Positions 20,409-29,371 of a stretch of DNA of 34,180 bases are shown one piece after another. How positions within the stretch are numbered: position 1 is the stretch's first letter; every line of letters starts with the position of its first letter. The position numbers and the translations under genes were made by a program. The notes beneath the pieces are model-generated. The model did no database searches and was not told the DNA's origin. It worked only from the letters and a program-made list of their open reading frames with translations. The stretch lies in the NCBI GenBank assembly GCA_031258475.1, contig JAIRMS010000046.1, positions 1 to 34,180 on the forward strand. Direction: 5' to 3'. The stretch is from Holosporaceae bacterium (GTDB lineage Bacteria; Pseudomonadota; Alphaproteobacteria; UBA3830).

Positions 20409-20592
20409 CTATAACTCAAATGCCACTGAACCATCATAGTTGGAATTGTGCGGTTAATATAGGATAAATGGGTTTGTCCTATAAAGATACCAGCTAATTT
20501 TTGCTGATAAGCAATAGAATGGATAATTTCAACATATCCATTGATTTTGAGTAGCATTTAGTTTTTCGATGCAATCTGGCGAGGTGATATAC

Positions 20593-20660
20593 ATGAATCA
20601 CGTTGGAAATGCGATTTTCATTTTTTGGATTGCTTCGTCGCCCTGCTCCTCGCAATGACG
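20593..20660. repeat. 68-bp dispersed repeat, copy 1 ('RHCEEQGDEAIQ' / 'WIASS...SSQ' type)
   Basis: 62 of 68 positions are identical, ungapped, to 34098-34165 by hand alignment. The minus frame reads RHCEEQGDEAIQKMKIAFPT*. Confidence 0.85.
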
Positions 20661-20693
20661 ATCGTGAGTGCCTCTAAAACAACACCATTTCGT

Positions 20694-20975
20694 CTAATCA
20701 TTTCCTCCACTATTCATATCAATTTCTGGTGGAATCATTACGTCGGTCGACCCAGAACCCACGAGCGACATGATTTCCGTGCGCGCCACGAGTAGGCGGT
20801 ATTCCGCTCGAGCTTCTAGTTTCTCGCATCTTTTCAAAAATTCCTCGTATTCACCGGCCGCGAACGTTATGTCTCTCGGATAGTCTATGTCATCCAAAAA
20901 CGCGACTAAGTCGTCGACTTTTTCTTTAATCCTTCCGCCGGCTTCACTGTTCGGATCTAACTCCAAACTTAACAT
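20694..20975 (-). CDS. Hypothetical small acidic protein (93 aa)
   Basis: An ATG-initiated ORF in an otherwise empty spacer, divergent from cpoB. I see no recognisable motif, signal peptide or TM segment. Coding status is unproven. Confidence 0.4.
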   Translation of the reverse strand: MLSLELDPNSEAGGRIKEKVDDLVAFLDDIDYPRDITFAAGEYEEFLKRCEKLEARAEYRLLVARTEIMSLVGSGSTDVMIPPEIDMNSGGND

Positions 20976-21018
20976 TCGGCAATTCTTTACATGTTTTGAT
21001 CAGCAATCCCAATGGCGA

Positions 21019-21047
21019 TTGAACTTCAGCAAAAGTAGGCATATAAT
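21019..21047 (+). promoter_or_regulatory. Sigma70-type promoter candidate for cpoB
   Basis: TTGAAC (21019-21024), a 17-nt spacer, then TATAAT (21042-21047), about 30 nt upstream of the ATG at 21077. Confidence 0.45.
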
Positions 21048-21076
21048 AACACTATCAGTCAATTATGGGTATTGTT

Positions 21077-21679
21077 ATGAAAAAAAAAGCGTGTTTGTTG
21101 TTGTTCGCCGTTATTGCCGGCGGGATAGAAGCGAAAAATAACGATTTCACGGAGCTGTCAGATTCTCTAAGGGAAGTCATTGGCAGGGTGGAAGAGTTGG
21201 AAAGAACCGTCGCAGAGATGCAGAAAAAAATCTCCTCTTTCGAAGATTCTGCGAATAAAAATCTCCAGGAAGCAGCCACTCAGAAGGACGCGGAAGCATT
21301 GGCTCGAAAAACTCCGGAGGAAATTCTAAAAACAGCCATCGATATGATCGAAGAAAATAACATGGAAGAGGCCCGCAGAATTCTAAATCTCTTTGTTGCA
21401 AAAAATCCGACAAGTATATACTGCGGTATGATGCAGTTTTATGTGGGAAATAGTTATTTCCTTGAGAAAGATTACAAAAACGCAGCCATAGAATATATGA
21501 AAGGATTCAAAGCAAATCCGTCCGGGTCAAAATCGGCGGAGACGTTGTACAAATTGGCGCTGTGTTTTAAGCAGTTGAATGAAAAAGAAAAGCTAAAATC
21601 GACCCTCGAAAAAATAGTGGACGATTATCCGGGAGAATTTTCGAAAAAAGCTTCTGCGGAACTTAAAAAAATAAGATAA
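21077..21679 (+). CDS. cpoB: Tol-Pal-associated periplasmic protein CpoB/YbgF
   Basis: Signal peptide MKKKACLLLFAVIAGGIEA, then a coiled coil (LREVIGRVEELERTVAEMQKKISSFED), then C-terminal TPR-like repeats ending in the ...VDDYPGEFSKKA pattern. An alternative ATG lies at 21065. Confidence 0.65.
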   Translation: MKKKACLLLFAVIAGGIEAKNNDFTELSDSLREVIGRVEELERTVAEMQKKISSFEDSANKNLQEAATQKDAEALARKTPEEILKTAIDMIEENNMEEARRILNLFVAKNPTSIYCGMMQFYVGNSYFLEKDYKNAAIEYMKGFKANPSGSKSAETLYKLALCFKQLNEKEKLKSTLEKIVDDYPGEFSKKASAELKKIR

Positions 21680-21825
21680 TAGACTTCTTTCGAAACGGAG
21701 ATATTTCGAGGAATTTTTAGGAGCATACGAAGCGCAGGACCGCAGTGTACGTGCGGTACATGAGGATCCGAGCATCGGAGCGACGTAGAAATTACCGAAA
21801 GAGCGAACGTTTCGAAAGAAGTCTA
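21680..21825. repeat. 146-bp palindromic MITE/RPE-like element, copy 1
   Basis: Perfect 18-bp terminal inverted repeats: TAGACTTCTTTCGAAACG (21680-21697) and CGTTTCGAAAGAAGTCTA (21808-21825). There is a central hairpin TGTAC-gtgcg-GTACA (21746-21760). It aligns ungapped to 26860-27005, with about 115 of 146 positions identical by hand count. Confidence 0.85.
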
Positions 21826-21880
21826 ATATTGAAAGTCCATCCATCTTCTATGATAATGAGGTGTTTTTTGCGGGGACGTC

Positions 21881-23722
21881 ATGAATATTTATAGGACTCA
21901 CAATTGCGGAGAGCTGAGGCGTTCGGATGTTGGTAAAACAGTGAAATTATCCGGGTGGGTTAATAAAAAACGAGATCATGGAAGTCTTCTGTTTGTTGAT
22001 TTGCGAGACCATTATGGAATTACGCAGTGCGTCGTGGATTCGTCTGGAGCGGCATTTCAGGAAGTTGAAAAGATTCGTCACGAATGTATAGTAACGATCG
22101 ATGGAGATGTTGTAGAACGCGCTCCGGACACCGTTAATCGCGATAATTCGACCGGAGAGATCGAAGTACAGATTAAGAAATTCACCGTGCTGTCCCATGT
22201 TGAGAATTTACCAATGGCGATTGGAAGTGTTTCTGATTTATCAGAAGAAACGCGACTCAAATATCGCTTTCTGGATCTGCGGAGAGAACAGATCCACAAA
22301 AACATTGTTTTGCGATCACAGATTATTTCTGCTATTCGCGAAAAAATGAAGAGATCTGGTTTTTTAGAAATAAATACGCCGATTTTGACTTCAAGCTCTC
22401 CGGAGGGGGCGCGCGACTTCCTTGTGCCGAGTCGATTACATCCTGGACAATTTTACGCGCTGCCCCAGGCTCCTCAGCAGTTCAAGCAGCTTTTGATGGT
22501 GGCAGGATTCGATAAATATTTTCAAATCGCCCCATGTTTTCGGGACGAAGACAGCCGAGCTGATCGATCTCCAGGGGAATTTTATCAACTGGATTTCGAG
22601 ATGTCTTTTGTTACTCAGGAAGACGTGTTCAACACAATAGAGCCGGTGATCTACGAAATTTTCAAAGAATTTTCAAATAAGACGGTTTCTCCATATCCTT
22701 TCAAAAGAATCCCCTACGACATCGCAATGCTGCGCTACGGTTGCGATAAGCCAGATCTTAGAAATCCTTTAATAATAAATGAGGCAAAGGATATTTTTGA
22801 AGAATCCACGTTTGTGGCTTTCGCCGAGGCAGTAAAAAACGGCGCTGTAGTCCGCGCCATTGGCGTGGTCGGAGCGGAAAAACAACCACGCAGCTTTTTT
22901 GATAAACTCAATGATTGGGCGAAGGAAAACGAATTGCCAGGGCTTGGATACATAATATTCAATGGCGACGAAGTAAAGGGGCCAATCTCGAAATTTTTGG
23001 ACGAGCATCGCTTATATGCGATAAGGGAGCGAATTTTGGCTTCGCGTCACGTCACTCTCGAGGAGATAGACCAATGGGGAGGTCGAGTTGGCATGGCTTA
23101 TAGTGGAGCCGTATTTTTCATCTGCGAACAGAAGAAAAAAGCGGAAAAGGTATCCGGACTGCTGCGGCAAAAGCTAGGAACTGACCTTGGATTATGCTCC
23201 GATGGGTTCGAATTCTGCTGGGTTACCGATTTCCCAATGTATGCGCTGGATGAACGTACGGAAAATGTGAAGATCGAGTTCTATCACAATCCTTTTTCAA
23301 TGCCGCAGGGAGGTATGGAAGCGCTGGAAAATATGGATCCGCTCGAGATAAAGGCGTATCAGTACGACATCGTTTGCAATGGAATAGAGTTATCCAGCGG
23401 TGCGATACGGAATCATCTGCCGGAGTTGATGATTAAAGCTTTTTCCATAGCGGGATATGACGAACAAACCGTAAAAGAACGATTTAAAGGCATGTTCGCC
23501 GCATTTCAGTACGGCGCGCCTCCCCATGGTGGATGTGCTCCGGGCATAGATCGCATGGTGATGCTAATCGCCGAAGAACCGAACATTCGAGAAGTTATTG
23601 CGTTTCCTTTAAATCAGCAGGGACAAGATCTGATGATGAACGCGCCATCGGACGTTAGTGATCGTCAATTAAAAGAACTGCATATAAAGCTTGATTTACC
23701 GAAAAAAATAACATTAGAATGA
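21881..23722 (+). CDS. aspS: Aspartate--tRNA ligase
   Basis: 613 aa with an N-terminal OB domain ([22 protein letters not shown]), class II motifs ([35 protein letters not shown]-type, [14 protein letters not shown]) and a GAD insertion. Confidence 0.95.
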   Translation: MNIYRTHNCGELRRSDVGKTVKLSGWVNKKRDHGSLLFVDLRDHYGITQCVVDSSGAAFQEVEKIRHECIVTIDGDVVERAPDTVNRDNSTGEIEVQIKKFTVLSHVENLPMAIGSVSDLSEETRLKYRFLDLRREQIHKNIVLRSQIISAIREKMKRSGFLEINTPILTSSSPEGARDFLVPSRLHPGQFYALPQAPQQFKQLLMVAGFDKYFQIAPCFRDEDSRADRSPGEFYQLDFEMSFVTQEDVFNTIEPVIYEIFKEFSNKTVSPYPFKRIPYDIAMLRYGCDKPDLRNPLIINEAKDIFEESTFVAFAEAVKNGAVVRAIGVVGAEKQPRSFFDKLNDWAKENELPGLGYIIFNGDEVKGPISKFLDEHRLYAIRERILASRHVTLEEIDQWGGRVGMAYSGAVFFICEQKKKAEKVSGLLRQKLGTDLGLCSDGFEFCWVTDFPMYALDERTENVKIEFYHNPFSMPQGGMEALENMDPLEIKAYQYDIVCNGIELSSGAIRNHLPELMIKAFSIAGYDEQTVKERFKGMFAAFQYGAPPHGGCAPGIDRMVMLIAEEPNIREVIAFPLNQQGQDLMMNAPSDVSDRQLKELHIKLDLPKKITLE

Positions 23723-25122
23723 CGCCGGAGTCCAAAATGAGGAAAGTTGTATTATTCGTAGCTGCGGTATTCTGTTTCGCCGGTTCGGATTGCGTTACCC
23801 TGAAGATTACCTGTCGATCCAAGGGAATGGAATTGGTCTTACTTAAAGAAGCGATCGACGAATGGATAAAAGAGACCGGCAACGAGCATAAGGTGGAAGT
23901 CGTTACCCTTCCACACGCCAGCAATGAATGCTTTGCACTCTATCAACAATGGTTTAGCGCAAAATCTTTTGATGTTGACGCTTTGCAGATGGATGTCGCT
24001 TGGATCGGTGGATTTTCGGAACATTTGACTGATCTAAGCGAATATTACGAACCAAACAAAATAGACGAAGAGGATTTTTTTGACGCAATCAAAAACGTTA
24101 TATACGTTGAAAAAAAAATGGTCGCGTTTCCGCTATACGCAGATTGCGGCATCATATATTATCGCACTGATTTACTGAGCAAATACGGGAAGCCTGTTCC
24201 GGCAACCTGGCAGGAGCTTTATGCAACGGCTGAATACATTCAAAACGAGGAACGCAAAAATCCAGAAAAGAAGAACAGATTCTATGGATTCGTCTTTCAA
24301 GCTAAAGCCTTTGAAGTTTTAACGTGTAATTTTATCGAGGCCATAGATTCGTTTGGCGGAGCGATTGTTACCAACGGAATAGCTACCATTAGCTCAAAAG
24401 AGGGAATCGACGCCACTCTATTTTTGATAGACTGCCTGAGAAATATTTCCCCAAGAAGCGTCCTAAACTATTCGGAAGAAGACGCCCGTGGAGTATTCCA
24501 ATCTGGAAACGCTGTATTTATGAGAAATTGGCCGTATGCATGGTCATTGCTGAATGATCCATCGACGGCTGTTGCCGGAAAAGTCGGAGTAATACCAATT
24601 CCACCAAGCGAAAATGGAGGAAAAGCGTCCGGAGTTCTTGGCGGGTGGTATATGACCGTTTCTAAGTATTCCAGGCATAAAAAATACGCAGTAGATTTGA
24701 TAAAATATTTAACAAGTAAAGCTCAGCAGCGTCGACGATCACAGCATTCCTATCTGCCAACATTCAAAAGTTTATACAAAGACGCCGAGGTCGTGAAGCG
24801 TAGCCCATTTTTCGCCTATCTGTATGATTCATTGCAAAAGGCAGTTGTAAGACCATCCACAGACTTCAGAAAAAATTATACCAGGGCTAGTAGCGAAATC
24901 TTCAATACGATAAACGACGTGCTCACAGATGGCACTGAGTCCAACATGACTGGAGCAGACGTGAAAAGACAACTGGATCGCTTAAATAGGAAGCTTAATT
25001 CCATCCTGAACAAAGCGAATAACGAAAACAAAGAAGGAGTTTGGCAGCAGATCAAATCCAAGGTAAGAAAATTTTTAGGTTTCGCGGATGATGAAGTTAA
25101 AGCCGACAAAACAAAAAATTAG
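23719..25122 (+). CDS. Carbohydrate ABC transporter substrate-binding protein (family 1 SBP)
   Basis: 467 aa with a signal peptide ([17 protein letters not shown]) and [20 protein letters not shown] and [11 protein letters not shown] segments typical of sugar SBPs. The Lys/Asn-rich ~45-aa C-terminal tail is unusual. An alternative ATG lies at 23737. Confidence 0.75.
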   Translation: MTPESKMRKVVLFVAAVFCFAGSDCVTLKITCRSKGMELVLLKEAIDEWIKETGNEHKVEVVTLPHASNECFALYQQWFSAKSFDVDALQMDVAWIGGFSEHLTDLSEYYEPNKIDEEDFFDAIKNVIYVEKKMVAFPLYADCGIIYYRTDLLSKYGKPVPATWQELYATAEYIQNEERKNPEKKNRFYGFVFQAKAFEVLTCNFIEAIDSFGGAIVTNGIATISSKEGIDATLFLIDCLRNISPRSVLNYSEEDARGVFQSGNAVFMRNWPYAWSLLNDPSTAVAGKVGVIPIPPSENGGKASGVLGGWYMTVSKYSRHKKYAVDLIKYLTSKAQQRRRSQHSYLPTFKSLYKDAEVVKRSPFFAYLYDSLQKAVVRPSTDFRKNYTRASSEIFNTINDVLTDGTESNMTGADVKRQLDRLNRKLNSILNKANNENKEGVWQQIKSKVRKFLGFADDEVKADKTKN

Positions 25123-26014
25123 GAAAGCAGGTTACTCCAATTGGTTGTTTCTTGCACCCTGCTTGATAGTATTGGCGGTGTGTGCTGGGTGGCCGTTGCT
25201 GCGTACAATATTTTTCAGTTTTACCGATGCCGCGCTTGATAATCTGCAGGAAATAAATTTTGTTGGGATTGATAATTTCATTTCTCTGGCAAGAGATCAG
25301 GAATGGTGGAAGGCGGTTCTAAATACATTCATAATCGTTGTCGTTTCCGTGCCTCTCGAAACGTTTTTCGGAATGATAATTGCTCTCATTCTTCATAAAA
25401 ATTTCAAAGGGCGCGGATGGATGCGGGCAATTGTTCTTGTTCCATGGACAATTCCCACAATTGTCTCGGCTCGTATGTGGGCGTGGATGCTAAACGATGC
25501 ATATGGAATAGTTAACGAACTCCTGCTGAGATTTTCCATTATAGACGCTCCAATTCCGTGGATAGCGTCCAATACTTTGAGCATGATTTCCATAATTTTG
25601 GTCGATGTTTGGAAGACAACTCCGTACATGGCTCTCCTGCTGCTGGCGGGATTGCAATCGCTGCCGCAGGATTGTTTCGAAGCGGCCGAAGTGGACAGCG
25701 TTCCGTTCATGAAAGTGCTGGAAAAAATCATACTTCCTCTCATGAGACCGACTATAATTGTGGCAATGATCTTCAGAACGCTGGACGCTGTAAGAATTTT
25801 CGATCTGGTTTATGTGCTCAGTAGCGGAAGCAGCGCGAACGCTACGATGTCGGTTTACGCAAGAAAGCATCTGGTGGATTACGCCGACGTTGGATATGGA
25901 TCTGCGGCCGCCACAGTCTTACTTTTCTTTATCGTTTTTCTGGGACTTGTATATGCCCCACTTTATAAAAGAAAACTGCAGAGTTTAGATGAACATGGAA
26001 AACTTTATAAATAA
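25088..26014 (+). CDS. Sugar ABC transporter permease (MalF/ThuF-like)
   Basis: 308 aa with six TM helices and the EAA loop FEAAEVDSVPFMKVLEKIILPLMRP. Confidence 0.85.
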   Translation: MMKLKPTKQKIRKAGYSNWLFLAPCLIVLAVCAGWPLLRTIFFSFTDAALDNLQEINFVGIDNFISLARDQEWWKAVLNTFIIVVVSVPLETFFGMIIALILHKNFKGRGWMRAIVLVPWTIPTIVSARMWAWMLNDAYGIVNELLLRFSIIDAPIPWIASNTLSMISIILVDVWKTTPYMALLLLAGLQSLPQDCFEAAEVDSVPFMKVLEKIILPLMRPTIIVAMIFRTLDAVRIFDLVYVLSSGSSANATMSVYARKHLVDYADVGYGSAAATVLLFFIVFLGLVYAPLYKRKLQSLDEHGKLYK

Positions 26015-26843
26015 ATGGAAGAAATTTCTAAAGGGCGCAATCTTCTACGGAGCTTGCCTGGTAATAGCTGCCTGTTGTTTGTTTCCTTTTTATTGGGCCA
26101 TAGTTTCGTCGCTAAGAGGAAGCGCAGATTTATTTTCCACGGAAATTTTCCCTTCCCGCATCACTTTTGAAAACTACAGGTACATATTTAACGATATTAC
26201 TTTCGGGCGCTCTTTCTGGAATTCTGTCGTGATAGCTACTTTGACGGCATTGCTAACGCTGGCAATTTGTCTTCTGGCGGCGTATCCGCTGGCGCGAAGC
26301 AGGTTCAAAGGACGGAAACGCGTTCTAATGACGGCGCTGAGCGCCACTACTTTTCCGCATGTGGCTGTTTTGTCCGGAATGTTCGAGATGATTAGAGTTC
26401 TGGATATATACAATGAAAAATCTGCTCTTATTCTTGCGTATATGATTATTACTGTACCGTTTACTCTCTGGACCATGACGAATTTCATGAACAACATCCC
26501 AAAAGATATAGAAGAGGCGGCTGTGATGGACGGAGCCAATCGATACGTTATCCTAACGAAAATATTTCTTCCCATCCTCAGTCCGGCGATAGTTACGACC
26601 GGATTGTTGGCTTTTATCGCAGCCTGGAACGAATTTCTGTTCGCTTTGACTTTTACTCTAACCAATCAGGCCAGAACAGTTCCCGTTTCGTTGGCTTTAT
26701 TTAGCGGAGCTAGTCAACATGAACTACCCTATGGTTTAATTATGGCCGCCAGCGTAGTTGTCACATTTCCTTTGGTTCTATTGGTGGTCGTCTTTCAGCG
26801 CAGAATAATATCGGGATTAACAGCCGGATCTGTAAAGGGATAA
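25989..26843 (+). CDS. Sugar ABC transporter permease (MalG/ThuG-like)
   Basis: 284 aa with the EAA loop EEAAVMDGANRYVILTKIFLPILSP. It overlaps the upstream permease by 26 nt. Confidence 0.85.
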   Translation: MNMENFINKWKKFLKGAIFYGACLVIAACCLFPFYWAIVSSLRGSADLFSTEIFPSRITFENYRYIFNDITFGRSFWNSVVIATLTALLTLAICLLAAYPLARSRFKGRKRVLMTALSATTFPHVAVLSGMFEMIRVLDIYNEKSALILAYMIITVPFTLWTMTNFMNNIPKDIEEAAVMDGANRYVILTKIFLPILSPAIVTTGLLAFIAAWNEFLFALTFTLTNQARTVPVSLALFSGASQHELPYGLIMAASVVVTFPLVLLVVVFQRRIISGLTAGSVKG

Positions 26844-26859
26844 TACGAAGTAGACCTAA

Positions 26860-27005
26860 TAGACCTCTTTCGAAACCGAGTAATTTCGAGGAATTTTCAG
26901 GCGTTACCTGAGCGCAGAACCGCAGCGTACTTGAAGTACGTGAGGATTCGAGCACTGGAACAACGCAAAAATTACCGAAAGGACGATGGTTACGAAAGAG
27001 GTCTA
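26860..27005. repeat. 146-bp palindromic MITE/RPE-like element, copy 2
   Basis: Terminal repeats are TAGACCTCTTTCGAAACC (26860-26877) and GGTTACGAAAGAGGTCTA (26988-27005), with one mismatch. The central hairpin is CGTAC-ttgaa-GTACG (26926-26940). It has the same orientation as copy 1. A 9-nt partial duplicate, TAGACCTAA, lies at 26851-26859. Confidence 0.85.
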
Positions 27006-27938
27006 ATGAAAGACCTTGTGATAGGCCAGATAGTTGAGTTTTTTGACCTCTATATGAGTTCGACCAATGCCGTCCAGGATAACTCCGCATGTAAAACTCA
27101 AAAACGAGAACAACATTATCCCCATTGATAGAACAGCGGTCGGCAGTCTTGGCACCAGTCCGCTCTCTATGAATGTAATTATTATGGGATAGGATATTCC
27201 AACGGACATCAAAAATAATATCAGAGAAATTAGGCTGAAAAAGAACAATGGTTTTATCTCTTTTAGTAATCTAATGATACTGACGAGGATTTTGAATCCG
27301 TCTCCCAGTGTATTCAATTTACTGTGAGAATTTGTCGGTCTTTCGAGATATGTGGAATTAATTTCTGCATAGGGAATATCCAACGTTAGTGCATGAATTG
27401 ATAGCTCAGCTTCTATATCGAATCCGTTGGTCATAACCGGAAATGTTTTCACAAATCTTCTGGAAAAAACCCGGTATCCCGAAAAAATATCCTGAAATGC
27501 GCTATCGAATAATATTTTTAGGATGAAATTAAACATTTTGTTGCCAAATTTGTGTCCACTTCTGTAAGCCGTTTCAGATTTTTCCTGGCGAATGGCCACA
27601 ACCATATCCACTTTTTCTCGAATTAGAGCATTAATCATTTTTGGGGCATCCGCCGCCGTGTAGGTGGAATCGCCGTCCACCATTGCGTATACATCGGCCT
27701 CAATATCGTAAAACATTCTGCGGACAACGTTGCCTTTTCCCCTGATTTTCGCCGTCCTAACCGAGGCTCCGGCTTCTTTGGCAAGCTCGGCGGTGTTATC
27801 CTCAGAACGGTTGTCATAGACGTAGATATCAGCGGTTGGCAGATATTTTTTGAATGATGTTACAACTTCAGCAATGGTGTTCGCCTCGTTGTAGCAGGGA
27901 ATAAGCACGGCAATGTTTATAGATTCCAGCGTTTTCAT
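27003..27938 (-). CDS. GT2 glycosyltransferase with a C-terminal membrane anchor (DPM1/GtrB-like)
   Basis: 311 aa with AVLIPCYNEANTI, YDNRSEDNT, MVDGDSTY, SGYRVFSRRF and two C-terminal TM helices. Its TAG stop (27003-27005) is the terminal TAG of repeat copy 2. Confidence 0.75.
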   Translation of the reverse strand: MKTLESINIAVLIPCYNEANTIAEVVTSFKKYLPTADIYVYDNRSEDNTAELAKEAGASVRTAKIRGKGNVVRRMFYDIEADVYAMVDGDSTYTAADAPKMINALIREKVDMVVAIRQEKSETAYRSGHKFGNKMFNFILKILFDSAFQDIFSGYRVFSRRFVKTFPVMTNGFDIEAELSIHALTLDIPYAEINSTYLERPTNSHSKLNTLGDGFKILVSIIRLLKEIKPLFFFSLISLILFLMSVGISYPIIITFIESGLVPRLPTAVLSMGIMLFSFLSFTCGVILDGIGRTHIEVKKLNYLAYHKVFH

Positions 27939-28009
27939 AGATATATAGAAGCACGCAGCTGGTTAATAAACTGATAAAATCGATTTGTCACCGATTTGAA
28001 GCCATGGAT

Positions 28010-29371
28010 CTATTTGTTCGCCACCGCAACCCGACGAACAGGTGCAGTTTTTCTTCGTCTCGTCATACCCTGCAGAATTACCAGACTCGGAATGAATACA
28101 AAAGGAATAAACAAGAAGAAATTGGTCCACCCCAGTGCGTCGGCCATTGCTCCGGAAATCGTTCGGGATATGGTTCCTCCTAGCTCATAGAATGCCCATA
28201 GCAGTGCATACTGAGTTGAGGCGTAGTTTTTTTTATTGCAGAGACTATACAGAAAAGCAATAAACGCGGTTGCGATGGCGCCGCCGGTGATACTTTCAAC
28301 AAATACCGTTAGATATAATATCGTAACATCATGGCCCACGTAGGAAAGAATCGCGTAGGAAAAACATCCGATCGCGTGGATTATTCCAGCAAAATACATC
28401 GCTCTTTTTGTGCCGAGTCGTTTCACCAGATATCCTCCAACAACCCCTCCGATGAGAGCGGCGATGGTGCCGAATACCTGGACGACGTTCGCTATCTCAA
28501 GTTTGGAAAATCCCATATCTACGTAAAATGGTTTTGCCATTTTTTGTACCATTCTGTCTCCGGCTCTGTATAACATAATTAGGGCAATGGTCTGAGCACA
28601 GCCCTTATATTTTATGAACATTTTAAATGGACAAACGAGGCATTCGAAGATCGTAATCTTCATGGTACGAGTAAACTCAAACGATGATTTTTCTTTTCCT
28701 TCGTAGGATTTTATCATTTCTTCCGTATGTTTATCATTTCTTGCCCCTTGAATTTTCGGTTCGTCTGTGCAGAAAATGAAAATCATGCACAGAAAAATCG
28801 AAAACGCCATGACGGCATATGCGAAATTCCATCCAAAATAATAGGCAAGATAGAGTGTGATGCTCTTCGAGAAAAACATGCCGACTTTGTATCCAAATAC
28901 AAAAATTCCGGCGATGGGACCGAACATTTTTGTGCTTGCTTTATCCAGCTGATATGCGTAAAGAGATATGTCCTGGCAGCCGTCGGCAAAAGCCACTAGG
29001 GAAACATATAGCGCCAGACTAACCATGTTGGTCTGCGGATTGGAGGCGGCTATTCCGCTCAGTCCCGCAAACAGCAGCACCTGACTGGCTATGGCCCAGC
29101 CGCGTCGTCGACCGAAAATTTTTGATAGAATCGGAAAATCCATCTTTTCGATAAAGGGAGCCCAGAGAAATTTTAGCGCGAATGGCCATTGTAGAAGAGT
29201 AAAAAACCCGATTGCAGTGTTGGATACTCCGCACTCTTTCAGCCACAAATCCAAAACCGTCAATCGCAGTAAAAACGGGACTCCGCAGGTAAAACCAGCA
29301 CAAAATCTGACGCTAATTCCAGCACTAAGACAGGTTTTTATAAAATCATCGACGACGGACGTCAATTTCAT
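28010..29371 (-). CDS. ampG: AmpG-family muropeptide MFS permease
   Basis: 453 aa with GFTCGVPFLLRLTVLDLWLKECGVSNTAIGFFTLLQWPFALKFLWAPFIEK...FGRRRGW, which is the AmpG signature region. Confidence 0.8.
   Translation of the reverse strand: MKLTSVVDDFIKTCLSAGISVRFCAGFTCGVPFLLRLTVLDLWLKECGVSNTAIGFFTLLQWPFALKFLWAPFIEKMDFPILSKIFGRRRGWAIASQVLLFAGLSGIAASNPQTNMVSLALYVSLVAFADGCQDISLYAYQLDKASTKMFGPIAGIFVFGYKVGMFFSKSITLYLAYYFGWNFAYAVMAFSIFLCMIFIFCTDEPKIQGARNDKHTEEMIKSYEGKEKSSFEFTRTMKITIFECLVCPFKMFIKYKGCAQTIALIMLYRAGDRMVQKMAKPFYVDMGFSKLEIANVVQVFGTIAALIGGVVGGYLVKRLGTKRAMYFAGIIHAIGCFSYAILSYVGHDVTILYLTVFVESITGGAIATAFIAFLYSLCNKKNYASTQYALLWAFYELGGTISRTISGAMADALGWTNFFLFIPFVFIPSLVILQGMTRRRKTAPVRRVAVANK

Noticed and set aside
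21831-21838. GAAAGTCC, the octamer conserved in the RNase P RNA P4 region
   Set aside because: It is an isolated 8-mer in a 55-nt spacer between the repeat and aspS. There is no room for an RNA of about 350-400 nt and no flanking conserved helices.
21593-21844. The minus-strand ORFs 21593..21844 and 26761..27090 share a similar peptide (FRN.R.FGNF.V.P.L.SS.T..TLR.CA...P.NSSK.L.FER.LL), which could suggest a small protein family
   Set aside because: The shared segment coincides exactly with the two copies of the 146-bp palindromic repeat. Both ORFs run antisense into well-supported genes (cpoB, and the permease/GT2). This is a repeat-derived artefact.
27977-27997. The AAATCG...CGATTT hairpin between ampG and the GT2 gene, as a terminator
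   Set aside because: The stem is only 6 bp and AT-rich with a 9-nt loop, and no clear U-tract follows on the transcribed strand. It is too weak to call.
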